Of a stretch of DNA of 57,637 bases, positions 39,001 through 50,189 are shown piece after piece (position 1 is the first letter of the stretch; each line of letters starts with the position of its first letter). The stretch is taken from NCBI GenBank assembly GCA_002245135.1, contig NGBS01000006.1, forward strand, positions 62,001 through 119,637, in the 5' to 3' direction. This DNA is from Proteromonas lacertae (lineage: Eukaryota). The notes under the pieces are model-generated. The model had not been told where the DNA came from. It saw only the letters and a program-made list of their open reading frames with translations, and searched no databases. Position numbers and translations under genes: made by a program.

Positions 39001-42000
39001 TGAGAGTAATAAATCAGAAATTGATATATCAAAATATAAAACCGATGATAAAACCAGATTATATTTTGATTCTCGTTCAATTCCATATGGTGATTATATT
39101 CTTACTTTGAATTCATCAGTTGATGAATTAGAATCCAATTATTCAATAGAACTGAATGTGGAATTACCTTCATTAGAAATTTTAACATCATATCCTGCTT
39201 ATTTAAGTCAAAATCAAAATGAAAGTATATATATTGATTTATCCAATATGAATGATCCAGATAATGTAGATATTGAGTTTACTTATACATGGAATTGTAT
39301 ATTTAATAAGAGTGAAGATGATTATGATGAATTAGTTTCAAATTCAAATCCAAATTCAGAATCAGATTTAGATACTAAAATATTTAAAATACCAAGTAAT
39401 AAATTAAAAATAGGGATTTATGAAATAACAGTTGAAATAAATGGAACAGAAACAGAAAGATCAGTTTCCAAAACATTTATAAGAGATATAAAAGAAATAC
39501 CATTTTCATTATATATTCAAAATCCAAAATCCAATTTAAGTATCTATAATCCTAAAGATATGTTTCAACTAATAAGTATAAGTTCAATCACTGAAAATGA
39601 TAAAATAGAATATAATTGGAGTTATTCAAATGATGAAAATATAAATCCATTTATAGGTAAAAGAGATTATAATAAAGTGAATATAAGATGTGAGAATTTA
39701 AATCCATTAATTACTCATAAAATCAAATTAGAAGTAACATATAAAGGTAATACAGTGGAAAGTTATTATGAATTTAGAATAAATGAAGGTCCATTATTTG
39801 GTTATTTATCTGTTTCAACATTGAACTATCAATTTGGTAATTATATTTCAATAACAACAAGTGGTTGGAAAGGAGAAGAACCATTTAGTTATAGATTTGG
39901 TGTGATAGTAAATAACTCAACTTATTATTTACAAGCAGTATATGGAAGAGGTAACAACTATTATGGAATATTACCATTAGGATCTAATCAATATAATTAT
40001 AGTTTAAATCCAATAGTGTTTATAAAAGATCGATATGGTGTAATATGTAATACAAGTTTTGATAAAGAAGGAAATATAATCGAAATTTATTCTCCACCAA
40101 TGCAATTAGATGATTTATCAAAAATAACTAGCGAATTAAAGAATGTAAGTGATGATTTGAAGAATGAACAATATTTCGATTATATATATTCAATGATAGA
40201 AGGAATTTCATCTCAGATGAAAGAAAGAAATTGTTCAGAAGATATAGGATGTCAAAATGGAGCTGAATGTTTAAATGGTCATTGTCAATGTTTGAATGGA
40301 TTTTATGGTGAATTATGTGAAAATCGAATGCCAATAGATGGTGGATTAAGTGTTAATTATAGTTATGGTGAATGTGATCATAAATGTGGATATGGTTTAA
40401 AACCGAAATGGAAAGAATGTAATAATCCTAAACCTGAATATGGTGGAAAAGAATGTAAAATTGAGATAGAATATGAAATATGTATTGGTGAAGATAAATT
40501 AGAATGTGAAAATGAAAATGGAGGTTGGAGTAAATGGAGTGAATTAAGTGAATGTAATGCTTATTGTGACAATTATAATGGTAAAACAGTATATGGAATT
40601 CAAAGTAGAAATCGAAACTGCTCAGATCCCAAACCATCCGGAAATGGAGCAAATTGTATTGGTGATGAGAATGAAATAATACAATGTTCCAAAGTATGTG
40701 AATCAGTGAATAAACTATGTCCAGGTGAATATATCTCAATGAATGGAACAAAAATTGGTAATGCTTGTAGTAATCATGGAAGTTGTATTATAAGTCGAGA
40801 AGGATGTAAAGAATATGAACCAAATTGTCATAGTAAATGTAAATGTCTTGAAGGTTATGCTGGTGAAAAATGTGAATATAGTAAAAATGAATATGAAATT
40901 CGATTAGATTTAAACAAAGATTTATTAGAAGAGATAGTTGAATCTTCATCTAAAAATGTATTGACAAATGATGCAAGTGAACAACATTCTTCAGCCTTAT
41001 TATCAGTGATAAATCCTCCAACTCAATTATTATCAGAAAATAAATCATTTTCAATGTCAATAATCAAATCTTCAATCAATTCATTAAAAGAGAATTCTTC
41101 ATTTGAAATATCTTATGAATCAATGACAAATTATATAAAAGCGAGTTGTTTATTATTGAATGATGAATGGAAAGATCGAGATGAAAGTAATTCTAGATTG
41201 CTTGAATCATCATCTTCATCTTCATTAATTTCAACAAAGATAGGAGAAGAATTACCTGAATTATTTAAGAATATAAGTAAGATGCATTTGAACCAAGAAA
41301 AATCAATAATTCCATTAGAAGTAATAACTGATGTAGTTAGTTTAAAGTCAATAAAATATGATGGAAGTATCAATTTAAATGATATGGGAGATTCTGTTAA
41401 TTTTCCTAATTCGATATTAAATGTTGATAGTGGAGAAGAAGCAAAAGAAATTTCAATAATTGATTGGTTAGATAATCCAAATAGTGATGATTTTGAATCA
41501 AGTAATAGAAGTGCAGGAGTAATCTCAATCTCAATAATGGGTAAAGAAGAAGAAACAGAAAAGAAATTTAATGATGTGGAAAATGTAATATATTTCATTC
41601 AAAGAATAAATGATGATAGTGATTTAAGACATATTCAATGTAGTTATTATAATAATAATGGTGAACTATCTTCGAAAGGATTAATAGTGATGGGAATAAG
41701 AAATGATGTAAATGGAAGTAAATTTGTGATATGTGGTACAACTCATTTAAGTGATTTTTCAACTCGAAAGAAATCTATATTACCCAAAATGAATTTAGTA
41801 AATCCAATCAGTGATGCGAAATTATTAGGTAATTATAATAAAGATAATATGATAGTTCCAATAATACTAGGAAGTGTAATATTAATCTGTATAATGTGTT
41901 GGCTTCTAACAAAATTCAAAGATTTAAATGAAATAACTAAATTAGAAGAATATAAGAGTGATTATTTTAAACTAACAGGAAGATTAGATGAAGAAGAAAC

Positions 42001-43396
42001 TGAATTTATAAAAAGTGAAAAGAACCACAAATCAATAATGGACAAATATTGGCATGTATTGAAAGATGAGCATAGCTGGTTATCTCCTCAATTAGGTCCA
42101 ACAGAGAATCTAATAGTAGTAAATCGAAATCAAAGAGTGTTATGTTTAACAGCTCAAATATTAACATCAACAGCAGTAAGTGCTTTATTCTTTGGAAATG
42201 ATGCTGAAAATATATCTCAATTAGCAATGACTTCGATAATATCTTCTTTATGTATGTTACCTGCTTCTTTATTAATTCCATATGTATATAAATATGCGAA
42301 TGGTTATATATCTAAGAAAGCATCAAGAAAGACAATTCCAACATGGAAATTGATATATTTGAAGTTGAAAAGATCAATAAAAGAAATGAAGAAAAAGAAA
42401 AATCTACCCAATAATGGTAATGAAAAATATCAATTGATATTGATAGTAGTTTCAATAATATTTGATATAGTGAGTGCTTTGTTCTTCATAATATTTGTAG
42501 CAATATTACCAGCTGGTTATATAACATTAGTTTTATTTTGTATTTATATAATATTTATAATTGAGACAATATCAATAATAATCGTATTAAATGAGAAGAA
42601 GAATAGATTATATATAATAATGATAACAGTGAATATAATATTATTATTATGCTTTTTGATATTATTTATATTGTATATCCTCTATATGAGTGATTCTTCA
42701 GCAGCATATTCGATATGGAAAAGTAGTTATAATGGATCATTAAAAGATTTAAATGAATATATCGAAAATAGTTTAGAATGTTGTGGTTATAATGAAATAG
42801 ATGATTATAATACAACTGATTGTACATCTCCCAAGATAATGGCATTAGGTGAACATACAGGATGTAAATCTTTATTAGTTGATAAATTCAACGAATATGC
42901 AGCACTTTGGTTAATATATTTTATGATAAGTATATCGATGATAGTTATTAAAATATATTTAATATCTAAATTCGTAAAAATAAAACGAAACAAAATCAAT
43001 CCAGATTCATTAACATTTGATAATATAACAACTGCAACTTGTAAGTCTGAGGAAATAATTTCAAGAGATTGTATTGTTGCAACTGAGAAATTAATATGTT
43101 TTTTGAGATATCGAATCTTTAAAGTTCAATACAAAAGAAAAGTTGAATATTTACACTGGAAAAGACAAAGAAGAATAAGAGCTGGATTGATATTATTAGC
43201 TAACTCATTTGTATTTTTATATATTCTAATAATGGTTTATATAAATTTATTATATGGAGTAAAATTTAGTAGTGATCAAGCTACAGAATGGATAATAAGT
43301 TCAACAATCTCAATGATAATCGATGTAATAATTCAAGAACCTTCAATGATACTATTATCAACAGTAGTAACAACTACATTAGGATCAATATTCTAG
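35835..43396 (+). CDS. Polycystin-1-like / adhesion-type receptor: signal peptide, variable N-domain, REJ, EGF, 2x TSP1, EGF, GPS, multi-TM region with nested tetraspanin-like module
   Basis: Splicing the 27-nt intron 35854-35880 gives signal peptide MKFSILFLVLICSIVGVSEA. REJ motifs MDGSRS..LIYHW and DPD..FTYTWNC; TSP1 GGWSKWSELSEC..RNRNCSDPKP; GPS CGTTHLSDF; PKD-like EHSWLS, RNQRVLCL and LYGVKF..EW. Confidence 0.85.
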
Positions 43397-43589
43397 ATTA
43401 CATATAATGATTAAAATTTTTATTTTTATTTTTATATTTGTTGTTGATATTTCGTTATTAATTTATTTTATTACATCTATTTTTATTATCAGTAAAAATA
43501 TTTGGTTATGAAATATCATTTACATGGTTATTCTTTTGTCTTCCCATTCCATTAGCTATAATTTTGTTATTTGATTTCTATCAAAAGTA

Positions 43590-45564
43590 TTAATTGATAG
43601 TTGATAATCTATATATCATTAAATTGTTTTCTATTAACGTTTCTATAAATGTATGATAATTTATTAATAACGAATATTCAACAACAAATATAAAGTTATT
43701 AACTAGTTTACCTTCTGCAATTGCTTTATTGTCATTTTTAAGCTCTTCTGTTGTTGCAAATACATAAACAGCATCTCCTACAGCCTTATATTGTTTTACT
43801 TCAGATATTGTTTCATACTCAACTAATGATATCTCTGAATTGGAATAAACATATATCATTCCACCACCAAATATCAATTTACTAGATACATAACTTCTAT
43901 CTCTTATTATGGTTATATTAGTTTCTTCCACTCCATCTCCAGAAAAACTAAAATCATAATTCAAACATTTGTCAGAAGGGATTGGAATTGTATTGAAGGT
44001 AGATTTTTCAATTATCATTCTTAGATCATTTATATCTATTAAAATAAACATAAATTTATACTCTTCTCTTTTAATTCTACTTCTTTTGAATAATCTGAAA
44101 TAGTAATTCTTAAACTCTTTTCCAATACTTCAATCCTGGTTGGAATACTATCCAACATTCTATTTATCTGCTGTACTGCATTTGATCCACATTTTAATTC
44201 AACATCTCTATTTATAAATATAATATTCAAATATACGATAAAAGTGTTGGTGTTTTACAATTCTCATAGTAATTAAATTCAATAGTTGAAGAAGGTTCAT
44301 AATCATTCTGAGGATTTATAATCTTATTCTCTGGTATTGTATATTTACATTTTAATAAATATTTTTCACTTCTACTCATAGAATTATATGTTAAAATTGA
44401 TAATATATTTGAATCTAATATGTAACTATGAAAATAATCACTATCATCGCCATCTTCATAATAATATCCAACATCATTAGTTAAATCTCTTTCATAATTA
44501 TTCAATTCTCTTGTATTACTAATTTTACTTCTATAATAATTTCTAATCTCTTTTCTAATAGCTTTCATATCTGAATCAATGTTTTTTCTTACATCTTCTT
44601 TTGCCATAGGTCTAAATGATCCTAATATGCTTGTATAGAAATCAGCCCAACCTTCTTCTTCATTATACATACCAACATAGTCACATTCTTCAGTATAACA
44701 ATATATTACACTACCTCTTGTATCTTTTATTTCATCACCATTTTGAATTTTTTCTATGACAGAGATACCATCGATGAATATATTTTCATCAGCTATATAA
44801 GTGATCGCTCTAAAATAATCCATTGCATTTACAACTATTACAGTAATATTATTATATATCCCTAATCCATCGAAATATTTCATAGATTCTTTACTATAAC
44901 CATACATTTTATCCATTTTTGCATTATATGTTTTGTAATGACTGTTTTCTATTCTATACATCACATCTTCATTGCTTACTATAATTATATATATATATAT
45001 ATATATACGACTGTAAGAGTCTCTATATTTATTATCACTATCATCAAAAAAATATGACATATATGAATCTATTTCAACTTTTGTTATATATGGTGATTTT
45101 TTACTCTCCACATATTGTACAGCTTCTGCACATCCTTTCAATTCACTGTATTTGTATTCTTTCTCTGGTAAATCGCAGTAGATAGATCCATCTAAATAGA
45201 ATATAGATTTTTCTTCATCTACAACATAATCACTAAAACTGTAGGTTTTAGTTGTTTTATCATATGTTCCTTTATATGTATATACAAATTTACAGAATTT
45301 ACAGTTATCTCTATCAATAATGGCCAAATTTTCATAAGAACATAAATAACCAACTTTTGCATTATTTCCAAACATAGATATAGCTCCAAACGATATTTTT
45401 GTTAATTCGACATCACTTAATCTTCTTGAAATATTCTTTCTTTCAGAAATGCTTCCATTCGTGAAGAAGTGTCTGCCTGCTTCACTAACACCAACAATAC
45501 TACAGATCAGCACAAGGACTATTCATCATATCATACAAATCATACACAGAATTGAGAATTTCAT
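43590..45564 (-). CDS. Truncated, probably secreted paralogue of the receptor N-terminal domain (no REJ/GPS/TM body)
   Basis: Same first exon and signal peptide, same intron positions and patchy identity to 35835-37450; stops at 43590 with no membrane anchor. Confidence 0.75.
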
Positions 45565-48500
45565 TCTAAAAATCCTAAAAAACAAAACTGAGTTTTTCGT
45601 TATTATAGTCGTTTCATTCAAAGAAAGAATTTCATTAAAAACAACTAAAACTCAAAAATGAACATTTCACTCTTATCTGCAACTGAAATATGATATTCTG
45701 AAATATTTTATCCATCTTCTTTCTTTAATCAACAACAATCTCTCTTCTTTCTCTTATGGAAATAAATAACAACAAAAAACAAAACAATATCTATATCAAT
45801 ATATCAATAATAAGGATTTTAATTATCATTCATATCTCAGTCAGTTGTTGTAAACAACAATCTTCTCTTTCACTTAGAACTCTACTGTAGATCTCATTCA
45901 TTTCATTACTGTAAGCCTATACGATATATATACATTACAATATATACTTGTAGTCCTTTAGATTTTACTAAGAATTTCAATGATAAACTCAATAATTTCT
46001 CACTCTTTTCTATCTCTTTTAATCTCAAATATTTTATTCCATTGTTCCAACTAATACTCGTATAAAAATCATAATCACTATTATCAAAATCATCATCTTT
46101 TATATTTTCACATATTTGATTGATTTCTTCAAGCCATTTGTATAATTCTTCTTTGTTTTCACTTTGTAATAATAATTTTCTTAAGATTCTACTTAAACAC
46201 TTTATATCTATTGGATTCTGTTGATATAAATATTGTAAACATAACGATAAGCATTTCTATATAATAATAATAATAATAATAATAATATGTATAATAATAT
46301 ATATTTATATACTTTATATATTATTGGTTTGGAATTGGTATTTTTAGCTATTTCAGAGATATATTCTAATATTTCTGGGTTTATTATTATTGTACTTGAT
46401 TCAATATATTCATTGAATAACTCTTCAATATTATCATTATTATGTAAATATAAATTACATTCCATTTCGATTGTATTTAATATTAACATATTCTCATTTA
46501 TTGTGCAAATATTCTCTTTTCTACCAAATACTATCAAATTATCATTTTTATTATTCTCAAAGTGTTTCTTTAATTTCAAACATAATCTTTTACATATTTC
46601 AATTTCTCTTAATACTTCTTTATATTCTTCTTCTTCTTCTTCTTTCTTTTCTTCGTTCTTATTTATTGTCTCAAATAATAGGCTTGAGGATAATAATAAG
46701 GAAGATTTCTTTAAGGATAATAGTATATTTGAAGGAGGTAAATAACAACTATATTCATAACATAATTTCAAGTATTTATGACTCATTTTATAATTCTCTT
46801 TTTCTTTCAATAATAACCCTTTATTCCATAATATTCCAACTATCCAATTAATCTCTTCCATATTTCCAAATATTGATTTTATCTCATTCTCTATTTTTTC
46901 ATTATATTCTTCTTCTTCTTCTTTCTTTATTTTTATATTATCTAATTTCATTAATCCATTTGAAAAGTATTGTAATATCTTATTATCATCATTTATATGG
47001 TTATTATTATATAATTCTATTAAACATCGAAGTATTGGACCAATCTTTATATTATTATGTAAATATAACAGTCTTTCTAAGGATTCTATGGAGATTGATA
47101 TATTATTATTTTTAATGGCTTCTTCACAACATAAATATAAATATTTTACATCATAATCTTTTGCATTCATTAAATTGTTCAAACATTCTTTCATTTCATT
47201 TATATTTATTCTATCAATATTATTGTTTATATATATATGATATAATAAGAAATGAGACTATTTATATTATATAATAATCATTATACTTTGATTGTATTGT
47301 CTATCTTTATACATTCTTTGGCTTTATTAATGGCTTCATTCACATTATGTGTTTCATTGTAACAATCAGATAACATTCTTAATATGGAGGGAATATAACT
47401 GTTATTATTATTATTCAATAAATGCAATAACTCATTACACCACTATTATATATTTATATATTTATTTATATATATATACATTTATTGATTCATTATATTG
47501 TTTATTTTCATAATACAATATACAAGTGTTGTATAATAGATTATATATTGAAGATAATTGACATTCTGATAATGAATTAATATCTATTTAATAATAATCA
47601 ATAAACAATATATAGATATAAAAATACTTGATTTAAATTCATTCAATATTTCCATTACATCTAATGGAATTGGATTTTTAGATAAAAGTATTTCCAATAT
47701 TTCTAAATTAATATCAACACAATGATCAATAAAATGTTCTTTTAATTCATTATACCAATATAATTCATTATTGTCTTTAGATATTATATTATTATTTAAT
47801 ATCATATGACAAGCATCTAAACATAATGAATATTCTTTACTATTATGATTCAATAACATTTCCATTAATTTCACTATTTCATCGGTTTTGTAAAAATAAT
47901 ATAAATTAAAGAAAATATAAATAAAAATATATAAAAATGATATAGTTTTAGTAAAACATATATATTTTATCATCAAATATATACCAATTCCATATTTTTC
48001 ATATTCACACAAATATAAACAGTTTAATGCTTTCTTATCTTTGTTCATTATATAACAATCACTTAATAGCAATAATACTTTCATATTCTTATTATCATCA
48101 CAATTATTACTTATCATTGAATAAAATATCTCACCTATTTCTATCACATCATTATATAGATTCATTTTGTGATATTCTTTTAAGATTCCAAATCTATATA
48201 TAATAAACAATATTAATAAATACATTAAATTGTATATTTCTTCATTCTTATTATCATTTAAATAGGAAATTATTGTATTTATCAGTTTTATATTGTTTAT
48301 CAGTTTGTCTTTATTATTCTTTTCTTCTCGTGATATATAGTCGATATAACTGACTAACATCTCATATATTGATTCTAAACATATTTCCATATCTTCATTC
48401 TTTTCAGTTATTATACTCTCAATTCCACCATTTTCTTCTAATATCTCCAATACTCGCTCATAGCATGATATTCCTCGTATATTGACATTGTTTATTCTCA

Positions 48501-48933
48501 ATATTGATATACCACTTCGACAGTAAGCTTTAATCACTTCATTTCTTAAACTCTTCATTGAATTGAATTTTGTGCTTGTATTCAACATTTCACAGGATAG
48601 TATTCGACATTCAATCAGAAAGTTCATTCGATTCAGTGTATTACACTTTTGCATTTCACTTCGAACTAAATTGTAAAGCTCTATTGATATTGTATGTAAA
48701 ATCTCAGCATTTGATAGAGACAGAGTCTCATTCTTCTCGATTGCTCTTATTTCGTTTGATAATACTGAAGAAGATTTAAACAACAAATAAAGTACTTTTG
48801 ATTTTCTCCATATCGATGGTTTGTAACTTGATTAAGTCACTGATAGATCTTAATTGATAAAACAGTTGTTCCATAAGTATAAAACTAGAATAAAGAAAAA
48901 AGGATCGTTTCTGGCAAACAGAATCCAAGCCTA
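45385..48933 (-). repeat. Right arm of the inverted duplication
   Basis: Reverse complement of 32464-36014. Confidence 0.95.
45830..48874 (-). CDS. TEX11: ZIP4/SPO22/TEX11-like TPR protein, copy 2
   Basis: Mirror of 32523-35569; one visible amino-acid change (KMNRYN to KMNLYN). Confidence 0.6.
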
Positions 48934-49008
48934 AATACCTTAAAAACGTGAATATATTCATCATCAATACATAACATAATAATATATATTAAGGGCTACA
49001 GACCCAAA

Positions 49009-49055
49009 ATGGCTTGACGCTAGACCACGAGGCTTGACGCTGGACCCGAGGCTAA
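49009..49055 (+). repeat. Subterminal GC-rich tandem repeat GGCTTGACGCTRGACC(A)CGA, ~2.3 copies
   Basis: ggcttgacgctagaccacga ggcttgacgctggacccga ggcta. Confidence 0.85.
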
Positions 49056-49144
49056 AATTCGTATATTCGTTTCATTTTTCTTATTTTTCATTTTATTCAA
49101 TAACCGTTCATTTGTACAACGGTTTTAACGGTCGTTATGAATCC

Positions 49145-49176
49145 GTTACATGTCAGTTACATAACTGACGTGTAAC
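49145..49176. repeat. Inverted repeat/hairpin, 15-bp arms with 1 mismatch
   Basis: GTTACATGTCAGTTA-CA-TAACTGACGTGTAAC. Confidence 0.85.
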
Positions 49177-49272
49177 TGACGGTGTAACTGCCGTCCGTTG
49201 TAAACATTTGTTCAATTATGTTATAGAGACTGATATAAACCTTAGGAAGGCCATATACACCACCTAAGACTC

Positions 49273-49304
49273 GTTTTCACTTTCCCTTGTTTTCACTTTC
49301 CCTT
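49273..49304 (+). repeat. 16-nt direct repeat x2 (GTTTTCACTTTCCCTT)
   Basis: Directly visible. Confidence 0.9.
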
Positions 49305-49339
49305 TTCTTTTACTCATTTAGTTTTTGAAATGCGGATTT

Positions 49340-49458
49340 CATAATCGATTTTCCTTTCCCTTTCTTTTTTTCACTTATTTACCTAGAGAAAAGTGATCGA
49401 CTTCACTTTCCCTAAGTAAGGAAGTGAAAAAAAGAAAGGGTAAGAAGAATCGGTTATG
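49340..49458. repeat. ~120-nt imperfect palindrome with a perfect 19-bp stem
   Basis: 49358-49376 CCCTTTCTTTTTTTCACTT pairs with 49422-49440; outer CATAATCGATT/AATCGGTTATG; imperfect inner stem. Confidence 0.9.
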
Positions 49459-49579
49459 GATTTTTTATGTTATTTTAAATAAACCCTTAAAAACACACAG
49501 TCTTCTTTTTATTTTAATTAATCTCTGTATTAGTATTTAAAATATATAATTATTTAATCATAATTAGATAAATTCATAT

Positions 49580-49992
49580 TTACTTACTTCTTTTTTTGAT
49601 ATCTGCATCCATTTTCACTCTAGCTGCTAAAGCATCACATAATAAAGATAGTAATCCATTAACTGCGTAATCTAATTTGTTATCAATAAATAATTGATTA
49701 TTCTCAATTAATTCTTTCTTAAATCTATTACCATCTTTTCTAATATTATCTAAATATGTGATAATTTCCAATCTTTTTTTCGTTGCATACTGATTACTAT
49801 AATAATGCTTAACTTTGTCTAGTATAGCTTTTAACTTTGCTAGATTAGCTATACTCTCTTCTAAATAATATAAGAAATGAATTTCTGTATATCCATTTAA
49901 TGCTAATTCTCTAATGCTATTAAAAACTTTGATCCAAAATGGTATTTCTTCTTGAACCATTGTTATATCTCTCTGATAAACAAAATGACGCA
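49580..49992 (-). CDS. Hypothetical helical protein of the Polinton-like element
   Basis: Clean ORF of ~137 aa from the ATG at 49992, divergent from PolB; no family recognised. Confidence 0.6.
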
Positions 49993-50045
49993 TATTAATA
50001 TAGTAAATAATCAAAAAAACAATAAATTAAAAGTAAAGTTAATTA

Positions 50046-50107
50046 TTTCTTTGATAATCAAAGAAAAAATTTTAACTATATTATTACAACTCCTTGATTA
50101 TCAAGGA
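50046..50107. promoter_or_regulatory. Two related palindromes (core CTT(T)GAT-W-ATC(A)AAG) in a divergent promoter
   Basis: TTTCTTTGAT-A-ATCAAAGAAA (50046-50066) and TCCTTGAT-T-ATCAAGGA (50091-50107). The regulatory role is inferred. Confidence 0.55.
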
Positions 50108-50189
50108 ATTTCAATTAGCAAATCATATTAATACATTTGGAGTTATTTTATTGGGTATATTTATATCTTTCTCGTTTTTATAGGTTCTA

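Noticed and set aside
32464..48933. Inverted arms as terminal inverted repeats of a transposon
   Set aside because: The arms consist of intron-containing host genes, no transposase lies between them, and no target-site duplication is evident.
48776..48967. Longer N-terminus for ZIP4 copy 2 from ATG at 48967
   Set aside because: It crosses the duplication breakpoint and is absent from copy 1, so it is likely fortuitous.
49009..49310. CRISPR-like array
   Set aside because: Only 2-3 adjacent repeat copies, no unique spacers, no cas genes, and a eukaryotic context.
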